From Macrostomum lignano (Eukaryota), in contig NIVC01004625.1 of NCBI GenBank assembly GCA_002269645.1, forward strand, positions 1 through 40,296: a stretch of 40,296 bases of DNA, given 5' to 3'. Below the pieces are notes generated by a model. The model worked only from the letters and a program-made list of their open reading frames with translations, ran no database searches and was not told the DNA's origin. Of this stretch, positions 1-11,900 are shown piece by piece; positions within the stretch are counted from its first letter, which is position 1, and the number at the start of each line of letters is the position of its first letter. Both the position numbers and the translations under genes were made by a program.

Positions 1-1982
1 ATAAATGACTTTGACTTTGACTTTGGCTTTCGAATGTAATTGCCAGCGCCCTTGGCATAGAATTACCACAACACCGGGCCAGTGGTGCTGCGACAGGACA
101 ATGCTCAGGGCGTGTTTTGTATTTTATATTTGGGCAGCAATATAAACACCGGTAATTAGTTAAAGAAGGATGAGAATGTAAACAGGAGGAGCTGACGATT
201 TATCAGATTTTAATTTGTAGAGAATGCCTCTGTTTTCCAGTATCTAACGGAGAGTTTTGAGCAACAAATTATCGTCGTCTTATGGCCACGCCCTAGCAAC
301 TATACGAAAAATGTGTGCGTGCTAACGGTATAATGCATCTACCTGCCTGGTGGCTCACCGAGCTGATAGGAAGAAAGGCACACTCTGTCAGGGAGAGGCG
401 AAGAATACGAGAATATGAGTGAATTCCTTCAAGGCCTATACGATGAGGTTGCACTGCAAACCCTTGAGCCAACGCGGGAATAATGCTTGTACTGCAAACA
501 GAATGAGCTGTGTCTTCGATTCAACCGGCCCCGGCTAGTCCAGCCAGTCCACTAGCAACTCAGTGGCTCAAATGTTTCTTTGCATTAATAAATTCATCGG
601 GGAGAAATATTGATTAAGGAGGTAAAAAAGTAAAGACCTCCAGCTCACTGGCAAAGGCAAGGAAAATTTCAGACTCGGCTTCAACAAGCTGCTGAGATGT
701 TTCGGATGCGCCTGCGGTTTCCAATAGAAACCAAAATAAGCCATGCATATTTTCTTTGTATTTTTAATTCACCTGACTAACAGAACAGAATAGTTTTGCA
801 GATTGTGCTCAAGACGACTCAAGTAGAAGGACGGGGAACTGCGCGTTTCTTGGTTTTACCAAAAATATACATTCCGAGGGAATGAAGGTTCGCATTTTGT
901 TCGCACAAAATTTGTTTAAAATTGCTTTTGCAGTAGAAGGCAGACCCAAGGAATGAATTAAGGTGCGCTATTTTTTAGAATTTTAGGCACAGGACATGCA
1001 GGTACATGTAGGATATAAAATTGACACAGATTCATAACTTTTTAAACAGAATGATTTTGCTTTGTATGCAAGGATCGCAAAGGGAAAAAGGGTTTTTTGT
1101 TTCATCATTAACGCTGTACCCGAGGCAATACCTGATTAAAAATTGCTGCAGCCTACCGAAGGTGCTTGGATCGTACAGTTTATAAACTTAGTTTCTATCC
1201 TACTGTATCTGGGACTCTGACTTTCTACTTGGTCAGGTAAAATGAATAAGCTGTGAATTCTTCAGGCTTCGGCCTTGCTCCTTTCGCTTCTTCCACCCCT
1301 GCCAGCAAAGGAGGATCGCGATGCTCGTGACGCATTAAAAGAAAACTGCAACAGATGCCGTCTTATTTCATTTATTCAGTCGGTAGCTCGCAACTCATGC
1401 TCGAAGCCAACGCTAGGTCTCTTTCACCCTGGCTGTCGGGTTTATCAATACACATGCATACTGCTCCATCATAGACTCAGCTTTCTTCCCAAAACTTGGC
1501 AAAAATTTGCTTCTATAATTGAAAGGCTTCCGTCATTGTCGGTCTGAAAGCTTTCGGCATTTTAGCAACCTGTCAAGTTCTGACACTGTTGTTTTCAATC
1601 TGGCTCTTTCTTAGCCCAGTGAAACAATATTTCAATGCCTATCGGAATTCCAGTTACCTCCAGAAGAAGTATGAAACCGCATTATCAATTCCCGATGGCA
1701 CTTGATATAATTTGATTGACGTCCCGTGTCTGCAAATACCCAATATCTGTGATGAGCATCATTTGCATATATCTAGATATGTGTGCATAACAACGTCATC
1801 TATTTAATAATACTTGCATTGCAAGTATTGCTAATATTGGTGTACTTTGAAGACGTCTGTAGTACCAGAGTCGGATATTTTTCAATAGTCTCAAAGCAGT
1901 GTTCAAGCCAAGCTCAAATGAAAAAAGCAACAATGATTCGCATAACGAAAGGTATTGAGTATTCTTTTATCAGACACAATCG

Positions 1983-1988
1983 TTTATT
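1983..1988 (-). promoter_or_regulatory. Candidate polyadenylation signal (AATAAA) of the neuropeptide gene
   Basis: TTTATT on the + strand, about 235 nt downstream of the stop codon. Motif only. Confidence 0.3.
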
Positions 1989-2223
1989 GCCAGAAAAAGG
2001 GAATCTATCAATAGTTTTTTCACGATCGTTAAATTACCAAGCTTGGTGATACAGTGGCTCAAGGGGGGCTTGGAGCGGTTGTGAGCGAGTGTCTGTGTGT
2101 GTGTTAATTCAGTCAGTTTTGTCTGCTTGCAGCGCTTTTAAATTTTCGAATTAGCATTCTGTCGAGTAAAGTTAATCCATTTTGGCTCGGGTTGCTCAGG
2201 ATTAGAGACACGCCAGAGGATTC

Positions 2224-2819
2224 TTAGCCCAGTCGAGACTGGGCGCTCCAGACGCGCTTGTCGAGGTTCGCCTCTTCGAAGGCGATGATGGCGTGGTTGT
2301 TGTTGTTGATGGCGTCATCCCAGTCCTTCTTTCCCAGTCGGGAACCGGCATGCCAGGCCTTCTTTCCCAGTCGGGAACCGGCATGCCAGGCCTTCTTACC
2401 CAATCGGGAACCGGCATGCCAGGCCTTCTTTCCCAGTCGGGAACCGGCATGCCAGGCCCTCTTCTTTCCCAGTCGGGAACCGGCATGCCAGGCCCTCTTC
2501 TTTCCCAGTCGGGAACCGGCATTCCAGGCCTTCTTACCCAATCGGAACCGGCATGCCAGGCCTTCTTTCCCAGTCGGGAACCGGCATGCCAGGCCCTCTT
2601 CTTTCCCAGTCGGGAACCGGCATGCCAGGCCTTCTTCAGCACAGCATCGTAATAATCAGAGTCAGCTCTATCCATGTACATCCTGTACATTGCCTCCAGT
2701 TCGTCCAGACTGTCTCCGTCATGATGTTCGTCGTCTACGGCATGGTGAGACGAAGCTGAGCAGGACACTACGGCAATGGAGATCAGCAGTAGAGTCGCAA
2801 TTAACGGGTGCTTCAGCAT
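2224..2819 (-). CDS. Multi-copy neuropeptide precursor (8x AWHAGSRLamide, 1x AWNAGSRLamide, 1x VWSAQSRLamide), about 198 aa after correcting one 1-bp deletion
   Basis: Signal-peptide-like N-terminus MLKHPLIATLLLISIAVVSCSA, then an acidic spacer. Repeated peptide-G-KK/KKR/KR units give an amide-donor Gly plus dibasic cleavage sites. ORFs 2202..2819 and 2224..2541 join if one G is restored at 2544-2545 (ATCGGAACC here vs ATCGGGAACC in the sister unit at 2403). Stop TAA at 2224-2226. Confidence 0.88.
2333..2636 (-). repeat. Coding tandem repeat with 33/36-bp units (peptide copies)
   Basis: Unit CCCAGTCGGGAACCGGCATGCCAGGCCTTCTTT, with 36-bp variants that add an Arg codon. Confidence 0.9.
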
Positions 2820-3031
2820 GTCCGTTCCTGCTGGCTCAACGTCGTTATAGTCTGTGGGTAATCAGTAGAGCTCGTCAAGACGTGTTAATCCCTGTCGTTG
2901 AGATAGCACGGGAAGCGAAGCAACTGGGTTAGCTAGGAGCAGTGAGTCCTCTTTTAGAGCTGGGAGCTGGTGTCGCTACTGATGCTGTAGGCCAATCGCC
3001 TTACGATTAGGAGGGGTGGGGGGGTTTCTCG

Positions 3032-3049
3032 TGCGTCACACGACATTGG
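3032..3049 (-). promoter_or_regulatory. Candidate CRE-like (TGACGCA) and CCAAT motifs upstream of the neuropeptide gene
   Basis: TGCGTCA at 3032-3038 and ATTGG at 3045-3049, about 215-230 nt upstream of the ATG. Short motifs that may occur by chance. Confidence 0.25.
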
Positions 3050-4111
3050 TTGGCTGAGCAAAAGAGTAGATTTTGGGAGTTTGAGTGAATCGTTTCTAAA
3101 GCCGTATGGAATCAGGATTTCAAACAAGAATTGTCTGTTGGTAGTCGCGGATTCGTGTACCTACCCGTATCAGTTACAGTTTCTCAGGATAGCATACCAG
3201 AGTTCAGGATGTGAGCACAGTGTTCTGCAGGATGTGAGCTTTGCACCAGCAATTTGAACTTGTTTAAATAATTCTCTTTGCATTCGTTGTTGATTTTGTG
3301 TTTAAAATCAATACGCGCTTCGGGTCCCAATGGACTGCCTCTCGGAGAGCAGATTTAGCTGAAACCATTCAGCTCTATTCACTTGGGCTGTTCAAGCTTC
3401 AGGCTGAGCTGGCTTAGCGCTAATTCAATTTCAATCGCATGATGGAGGCTGGATCAAGTCGGTCTAGATTGCTATTTTTGCAAAAAACCGCCGTATTTAA
3501 CAAATGGATTATCGGTTAGAGCTTGATGTTAAAATAGATTTTCGAATTGACAGCTTAAAACCGCGGCTATTAGCGTAGAATCTCGTCGATTTTGTTATAC
3601 TCGCAGTTCGACGTAATTACGTTATTACGTCTCGAATGCGGCACGCGAATCGGCAATCCAGTATTTTTATGCGCACTCCATAAAACTGCAATGAATACAT
3701 TTCGGGCGAGAGATGGTTGGGAAAAATTGAGGATCTGGGTTAAGCGCGAAATTTATCCATTAGTCACAAAATACAGGGCACGCAGCAATTGCGACTCCAT
3801 AAAGGTAGTCAGTTGGCAATAAAATATCATATTGGGGAACAGATTTTAGTAAACTGGGACATGAAACTTTATGCCAAAACTTTTATAGAAATATTTTACA
3901 GGCTGGTGTACCTAATTAGAACTCTGAGATTCAAAAAGGTAGCAACAAATCATTTAGTTGGGGTGGCTGAATATCTCAAGAGGTCCATAAACCCGGGTAG
4001 AGGTATCCGGAATTGATTCCGTGCTCGCCTATGAAGACCTCAAGGAACGGAGTCCGTACACTGCTTGACGATAAGAAAGTTCAGGGGCGCTGCTACACCC
4101 AGCCTGAGCAG

Positions 4112-4458
4112 CAGGCACGTCGTTACCGGGGGGGGGGACAGGGGGGACATGTCCCCCAGAAAAAGCTCTGGGGGACATGCCAATGCTTTGTCCCCCCACC
4201 CCACCTTGCCAGTCGTTTTGGTAATCAATACTTTTTCTACAGGGTGCTAAAATATAGCGCCTTCGGCGCTAAAATGAGTGCCTGCAACGCTAAAATGAGT
4301 GCCTGCTGCGCTAAAATGAGTACCTGCGGCGCTATAATGAGTGCCTGCAGCGCAAAAATGAGTTCCTGCGGCGCTAAAATGAGTGCCTAAGTTTAGTCAT
4401 GTACATGTTGAATTCTTGGCTTTGTCCCCCCCACCATAAATCCATGGCGACGCCCTTG
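4112..4458 (+). mobile_element. MITE-like non-autonomous DNA transposon, copy 1, with internal 21-bp minisatellite
   Basis: Degenerate TIR CAGGCACGTCGTTA / TGGCGACGCCCTTG and internal GCGCTAAAATGAGTGCCTGC repeats. Colinear with the reverse complement of 29843-30316. Confidence 0.7.
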
Positions 4459-7400
4459 CCCGAGCATGTGTATGCGCACACATCCACTTGTGTGCGTACA
4501 GCTCAGGTGTCACGGGAATGACTGTTTGGCTGCGGGTCAACTGTTTGCCTTGATCTGGGGGCACAGCGCCCAACATCGAGAAAAATAACTGACTAAACAT
4601 CTATTCGATTGACACTATAGTTTCTTTATGAAGTAAACTAGTCAGTGATGGTAAAGTGATGGTCCAAGATGCAACAAGTCACAAAACATTACAGGTGACA
4701 GTAGCTTTCGATTTTGGTTTAAATTTTGCAACGAACGCATGCTGCAGTGATTAAAATTGGTTTATCAGTTTATTGAATTAGTTGTGGAACGACGTCGTTA
4801 AAGGCGTTGCGCCAGGGTTTGTACACCTTTTCACTTCCCTTTGAACTACCTGCAGCCAATTTTAGTTTTATTGCATCCTGTTCCGGCAATTTTTGGTTGT
4901 GACGCAGCTTTGGTTTTAAATCAGTTTCGACAAGCTGCGATACAGATTCAACATTTTGCACACATTTCCGACAAACAGTCGATCAGTTCTAACAACTGCC
5001 AACCAATTCCGGTCAAATGAGGTAAGAAATTATCACCTGCGCTTTTCTGGTTTTGAAATTTCCATTCCAAAAACTCTTCATAAGATTCTGCACTTACATT
5101 ATGAAAAGCAGTTTACCAGGATCAATAAATACAAACCGTTAATCTATTCCTTATGGAAGCAACCATCGGTAGGATTCTGGTACAAATTCACGAGTGGATA
5201 AAACAAGATTCGCGATTGTATCCAGTGCATGACGGCCGGGCACTATCGAATAGTAAATCACAGGGCACTTCCTGACCCTCTCTACAGTATATACTCCAGT
5301 CGATCGGATGAGTTATGGCGTGATTACCCAGATAAAAAAGGTCAACGGGAGACCGCCAGAGGCTGATTTATCTAGGCTGGCTGTCTGCAAAGTTCTCCTA
5401 ATTTTGTAATTGCTCGTGATACAATTTCTTATCTTTACTCGTGGCTACTCATCGACCTGCCATCATGCAAAATGGATGCACTGTGTATTTTTGGCACATT
5501 CTGGCACAAGTGCGCAGCCTCTGAACTGCAGAAGCGCGCGACCGAAATGGTAAACTTTGGCATAAGCCAGTGCGTGCTTGGCACAAGACAGTCAATATTG
5601 CTCATCATCACAAAGTATTGAAAAATTCGATTTCCTGAAGCACCTTTGACGTAGCAGGCGTCTTGGTTGTTTGACGTCTCTATTTCAGCAGATCTAATGA
5701 CAAGTGCCAACAGAACTGGGCCTAAGTCTCTTGGTCAAACAGTTCGACACCAGCTTGTACTTCATTTTTCGTCGCTTTGTACATCAGTCATACTATTTAA
5801 CAGCTCATTTGATGGCGGTGAGTCGGCTGGCTACGCGCATTCTCTTGAAGTTGTTTTTTAGGAGGTCCTAATTTTACTATTTTCCGTTGTCATTTTGAAG
5901 AAAAGAATTGCAAAGCAAATCTCCTTTGATCTTAATCTGCTTTTATGCAACAGTTAATTGTCGTCTTTTTATATAAGCACAAGTACGATCGCACTTAAGC
6001 TCGCGTAAAAACAGGATTGTTTTCCGTCTAAAAAACAATTAGAATTGACCAGGAGACAAATTCTAAGGTGGAAAAACTGTCTTGCTTTTGTCGGCTCAAA
6101 GTTTTTGCTTTGCTTTCTCCCATCTCTTTTTCTGCCTCTTCTTCTGTAGTTCTGAGGGCTATAGCGCATTGCTTTAATTAGAATAGTGTTGTCCTCACCC
6201 GCTGAGAGTTGCGCGACTTGCGACACCTCCTAATTTCCTTCTAATGAACTCTATATTCAGCTGTTCTCACTAGCGGCTACCCTACGCCTATACGTACTTA
6301 GTTAGATTTGTACAAAATCCCATCTCATCAGACGCGGCCTCGTGATCCCATCCGGTGGGCCAATTTGTCGCGAATTCTTCATCTGGCTGGCTGTCGTCAG
6401 TCCTAGCAGACCCGTCAGGACAGGTTGAGTTTCGGGTGTCTTGAAGCCTCTCCTCTGAATTATTCAAATAAGTCCAGACGGGCTTCAGCCAATGAACCCC
6501 AAAACCAGAGCCTCGACTAGCAAGTCTTCCACAAACCAATTTTTGTAGACAACATTGGGCTGAATGCAATAACCTATGAGCTGGAGTCCGATGAGTACTC
6601 GACTCGAATCGACGCTGGTTTTGAGAGTTTCCCACAAAATTCAGAATTTGGACTGCAAAAACAGATTAGCAGCTGGTTTTTTAAATAATTACTATGATTT
6701 TAGAAAGGGAAAGAGGTAACTTTTTAGTCACCTCAAAGGCTTTTTAGAGATGCACATATAGTGTCAGATTTTATACGTCGGCCAACGTTTCTAACGGTTT
6801 AATGTAAAAAATGTAAAAAAATTGTTAAAAAACTAACAAACTCGGTGCTAATTTCTCCTTGGCCTAGCCTATGCCTCCACTGTGAGTCCTTCTAACAAAC
6901 CTGTTGGCTTAATTTTTTATCGTGGAGTTTAAGTCCGCATTGACGTCCCCTAGGAAGCATCCAGCAATTCCAGACTGCATGATCTTCTTTGCAAAAGAGA
7001 ATCTTTAAGAGTTGGCCCCTTGGATCTCTGATTAAGCTGTTGAAGTCGATTTTATTCTCTCAGCTGTATATGGCGTATCACCCTCCTTGTTTGTAGAATG
7101 AGCTCAGGGTTGAAATTCCCTGGGTTGAAGGTCTTCTGCGATTTCCCTGCTTTTTACGAGAATACGGATATTGCGCAGCTCTGGTGTTGAATTGGAAGTC
7201 GGCAAATAATCTTAGCGTCTATAAAATTCATTATTGCGAGTGCCGACAAGTGCTAAAAGGCGAGCAGCTTCTCAAGCTAACGTCTGACTTTGCTTGGCGT
7301 TAAAGAATGAGGTACCGAAGTGCCGCCCGCCCAAGAGCCAAGGGCAATCCCGCTCAATTGGCCCCGCTTCATCGGATGTTTGGAATTAATTTTCTTCCTC

Positions 7401-8529
7401 CAGCTTCCTCTCGTGAAACTCTTGAACTTACCCAGCTTCATCAATGCGGGCATAAAAATCTTTGGCCTGCCTTTATGCCTAGTGATTCTTTGAGTAAGCA
7501 GATTTACGCGTAGAACTCTATTTACACCAATAGAAAGTTGTGAGGTAATTAACAATATTATTATCAATGTCGCCATTCATTCTTAGCGGCATTTATAGAG
7601 AGTAATTTTTCAATTTATTAGTTGTACAGTAAAATCTGAAGTACAATCATAAAAACTGCGTGCAAATTATAACACTTGCTCAATATTGAGATTTATAATT
7701 TGCACTTTAAAATGATTTATATGACTGTGCTGTATTGTACTCAGCTCGAACTCTGCATGAATAGGTTATTGTTATAATATGTGCCACTCTGACTTATTAG
7801 GAGAATTTGTTGGACAAGTGCACTCTGTATCAGACCGTATCTATATGAATTGCTAATACATAAATTACCCGATGCACCCAATGCAATGCTGGGTGCAATC
7901 AGCGACTCCCCCATCATCTCATGTCGGATTTGTGAAGATCCGAGAGAGTTCCGACAGGCTGCAGCAACAAGCTTTCAACTTGTCTGTTTGCGTTTTATGC
8001 ACCAATAAATTCCGTTATGAACAAGTTTCCTAATTAAGGCAGTGCTTAACTGAAGCCATGCACATGCTCTCTCTCTCCCTGCGTATACTGGAGCGGAATA
8101 CAATGTCAGAAATTGCAGCGTGCTGCTCGGGTCGGGACGGACTTAACTTATCATCTATCATGGAATCACGTGCCGCAAATTCTAGCAACCCTACGGCACA
8201 TCTTGCGCGAGCGTAAGCTACTAATGTGCAAGTAAGATGAGCTCTCGAGAGCGTTTGAAATTGCATACGCACCAAAGGCAACGGGGTGAATGAGTGACAA
8301 GCCTTGGAAGCTGGACTTAAATCACCCAGCTAGCTAGGGAATATGGAATTGACGAAGACTACCGATCTTCAGAATAAGCAATTTGCTGCTGATTACACAG
8401 TATCGCGTGTCCTTGGTGCAATTACAAATTGTAAGTAGCGCGTGTGCAATACAACCACACAACAACCAATACGCCGTCATGGTTTTTAGCAGTCAGCGGG
8501 GCGCCGGCATCAGCCAGCAGGCAGTCGAC

Positions 8530-8925
8530 GAGGAAGAGGAAGAAGAGAGGAGAGAGGAGAGAGAAGAGAGGAGAGAAGAAAGAAGAGAGAGGAGAGAGGA
8601 GAGAGGAGAGAGGAGAGAAGAGAAAGGAGAGAGGAGAGAGGAGAGAAGAGAGAAGAGAGAGGAGAGAGGAGAGAGGAGAGAAGAGAGAGGAGAGAGGAGA
8701 GAGGAGAGAGGAGAGAGGAGAGAGGAGAGAGGAGAGAGGAGAGAGAGAAAAGAGTAGAGAGGAGAGAGGAGAGAGGAGAGAGGAGAGAGGAGAGAAGAGA
8801 GAGGAGAGAGAAAAGAAGAGAGAGGAGAGAGAAAAGAAGAGAGAGGAGAGAGAAAATAGGAGAGAGAGGAGAGAGTAGAGGAGAGGAGAGATCGAGAAGA
8901 AAGGAGAGAGGATAGAGGAAGGAGA
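8530..8925. repeat. GA-rich (GAGAG-type) low-complexity tract
   Basis: Nearly pure purine tract on the + strand. Confidence 0.95.
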
Positions 8926-8954
8926 GATTATATATAATCTCTCTCTCATAAGTA

Positions 8955-11900
8955 CACATACATACATGTACACCGCCGCAAAAGAAAGCAAAAGGAAAAG
9001 GGGGCAGCACGGGACGGAAGAGCAAAAAAAAGGGGGAAAAGAAACGGAAATGTGAGAGCGTGGCGGCAGTGTCAGAGCACTCTCCTTCTGGCTTGCTCCC
9101 TGAAGGCAGCCGCAGCGTTGGTCTGGCCGATGACACCGGCATCAGCCAGCAGGCAGTCCACGTACCGGCGCGTCCTGGCCTGCCCTCGGCGCCAGGGGCC
9201 CCGCAGCGTGAGCAGCAGGACGTCCTGCACCGGTTCAGGGCAGTAGGTTTCCGCGCGGATCACGTGGCCCGCCAGCTGCAGCCGCCGCCGCCGGATGGTC
9301 TCGCTGGGTGGTCGCAGGCCGGCTCGTCGGTAGAGGGCCGCGTTCGAGACCACCTCAGGGTAGGAGATGCCGAAGGCCGCGCGCAGCAGGCTGGAGTGGG
9401 CCGCGTCCAGCCGCTTCTCCAGCGTCTCGGTCAGCGTCCACGTCTCGGCGTTGTAAGTCAGGACGGTCTCGACCACCGCCTGAAACAGCCGAGACCTCAG
9501 GCGATCTGGCAGCGCGGCGCTCTGCAGAACAACCCGGACTGAGCGGAAGGCCGCCCAAGCCAGGCCTCTGCGTCGCGCCAGGTCCTCCTGAACGCTGGGC
9601 ACCAGACCGCCGAGGTACGTGAAGCGCGTGCAGCGGGGTAGAGGGGCCGCGTGACCGTCTGCGCCGCGGCAGGTGATATTGGCAGGCAGCTCCGCTGGCA
9701 CCGTCAGGACCTCCGTCTTGTCGGTGTTGACAACCAGGCCGACCGTAGCCGCTATCGCCACCAGGCTGTCCAGCATCCGCTGGGCTCCATCCGCCGTGGA
9801 GGCCAGCAGCGCCAGGTCGTCGGCATAGCCCAGCAGCGACAGTCTCTTCTCTGGATGGTGGCTGCTCGTGCGCCTGCACAGCATGAAGCCGTCGGCGTCG
9901 GATGGAAGCGCAGTCCGCAGCACCCAGTCGAGGACCAGCACGAACAAGAAGGGCGCTAGCGTGTCGCCCTGCAGCACTCCAGATGTTGTACTGAATGGGT
10001 CCGACAGCCCGTCGGGCGTCACCACGGCGGCTTGAGTGTCCTGGTAGAGCGCCATGACTGCGCTGACCAGGCGCTGGGGCACGTGGTAAGCCCGGAGCAC
10101 CGGCACAAGGGCGCCGCGCGCCACCGAGTCGAACGCCTTTCTGAAGTCAACGAAGACACAGATCAGCGTCGCCTGGCGGGTGCGCGCCTCCTCGATTGTC
10201 CTCCTGAGGGCAAGGATCTGGGTCGCTGTGCCCCGGTGTGGCCGGAAGCCGTTCTGCTCGTGCCGCAGAAACGGGTCCAGCACCGGTTGCAGCCGCGTCA
10301 GCAGGATCTTGTTGAAGAGCTTCGCGGCGCAAGACATCAGCGAGATGCCCCTATGTTCTTCTTTCCGAGTTGTGCCGGGCTTCTTTGGGATGGGGATCAT
10401 GTGGGCCGTCGTCCACTCAGTTGGGGCTGCACCCCCGTCAAGTACGCGGTTCATCACACCGGCGACCGCACGGGCCACCGGCAGGACTCGCAGCGCCTCG
10501 ACAGGGATCTCATCCGGGCCGGCCGCTTTTCCACCAGGGGACTTCTTCGCCTGCAGCACCACCTCGTCCAGAGTAATGGGGCTGACGTCGAAATCCTCCT
10601 CCTTGGGCAGGGCCACTTCCGGCGGCAGCGGCATCTCCGCCTGCAGCACCGGCGGCGGCGCGTTCACGATGGCGCCGAAAAAGTCCCGCAGCTCGTTCCG
10701 GCGGGCCTCCGCCGTGTCGCCGGGGAGGTTGAGGCTCGTGCGGCTCTTCCTCCCGGTCAGCGCGTTCACAGCGCTCCACACGGCGCGGCGCTTGCCGTCG
10801 TGCCCTGCCGTTGTCACCGTCCTGATGGTCTCTTCTACGGCGGCCTGTTGTCCTTGCTCATAGGCGGCTGCGAGGGCCGCCTCGGCTTCGTCCACCTCCG
10901 CAGTCCTGCCCGCCCGTCGCAGCTGCTCAAGCCTCAGCCTCGCACTTTGCACTTCCGGGTCCACCTCCCAGACCGGCCGACCTTTCTGCAGGGGCTTCAC
11001 CAACGGTAGGGTCCACTCCGCAGCAGATTGGACGGCCGTGCAGATCTCGGGGTAGTCGGCTTCCTTCTTGCCGTCGAGGGCATCCACAAACGCGCGGGCG
11101 AAGTGAACCTGGGTCGCATCGTCACGCAGAGCCCGGAAGAAGTGCTTCGGCTTCCGCTTGGGCGGCCGGTAGAGCGGGTCCTTCAGCTTGATGTCGCAGA
11201 AGAGCAGCTTGTGGTCGGACTTCGGCGCCAATGGCAAGATGGTATCGCAGTTGGTCACACGGCCACGCTCTCGAAAGTGCAGCAGCACGTGGTCCAGCTG
11301 CGCCAGCCTCGTCGTGGCATTCCGGCGGCGGTTGTTGTTGCGCCGCGGCCGCTTGCAGCCGGCAAAGGTTGCCAGCCGCTGCTCGGGTTTCCGGAACCAC
11401 GTGTTCATCGACACCATGTCATGCCGAGCCACGAAGTCGGTCAGCGCCTCGGTGTTGGCATTCTCGCGCGGGGTCACGAAGGGGGCCCGGTCTGACCTGC
11501 GCATGACAGCGTTCAGATCACCGAGCACGATCACCGTGTCCCGTTGTGCCACAGCCTCCACCTGCCCGGACAAGAACTCGAAAAAGACACGAGCTTCATC
11601 GGGGTGGGCAGCTGTCGGCGCGTAGGCGCAGAAAATGTGGGCGCTCCGACTCCTCAGCCGCAGGTCGATCCGCAGCAGCCGAGGGGACAGGCTCTGGCAG
11701 CACACACTCTGTTGCAGCTTTGGCCCGACCAGCACTCCTACTCCTCCATGACCTCTCTCGTCCGCTGATGTGTACAGGAGGCTCCAGCCAGCTCCCAGCT
11801 CTTCACGCTGGAGGCCGGGGCCGGCCACGATAGACACCTCCTGCAGAGCCACCAGGTCCATCTTCGTCTCCTGAGCTAGCTTTGCCAGCAGGCCCTGGCG

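Noticed and set aside
2224-2819. Direct assignment to luqin, MIP/allatostatin-B or pyrokinin
   Set aside because: It lacks the luqin precursor architecture, the W-x6-W-amide of MIP and the PRX proline, so it is left unnamed
2202-2932. PGMPVPDWERR-repeat C-terminus and the plus-strand ORFs 2258, 2293 and 2553
   Set aside because: Alternative frames of the peptide repeat; the amidated-peptide frame explains the sequence
7277-7576. ORF with a hydrophobic, signal-peptide-like start (MATLIIILLIT)
   Set aside because: Short, with no recognisable domain and no splice or homology support
8383-9142. Glu/Arg-rich and Leu/Ser-rich ORFs
   Set aside because: Translations of the GA tract
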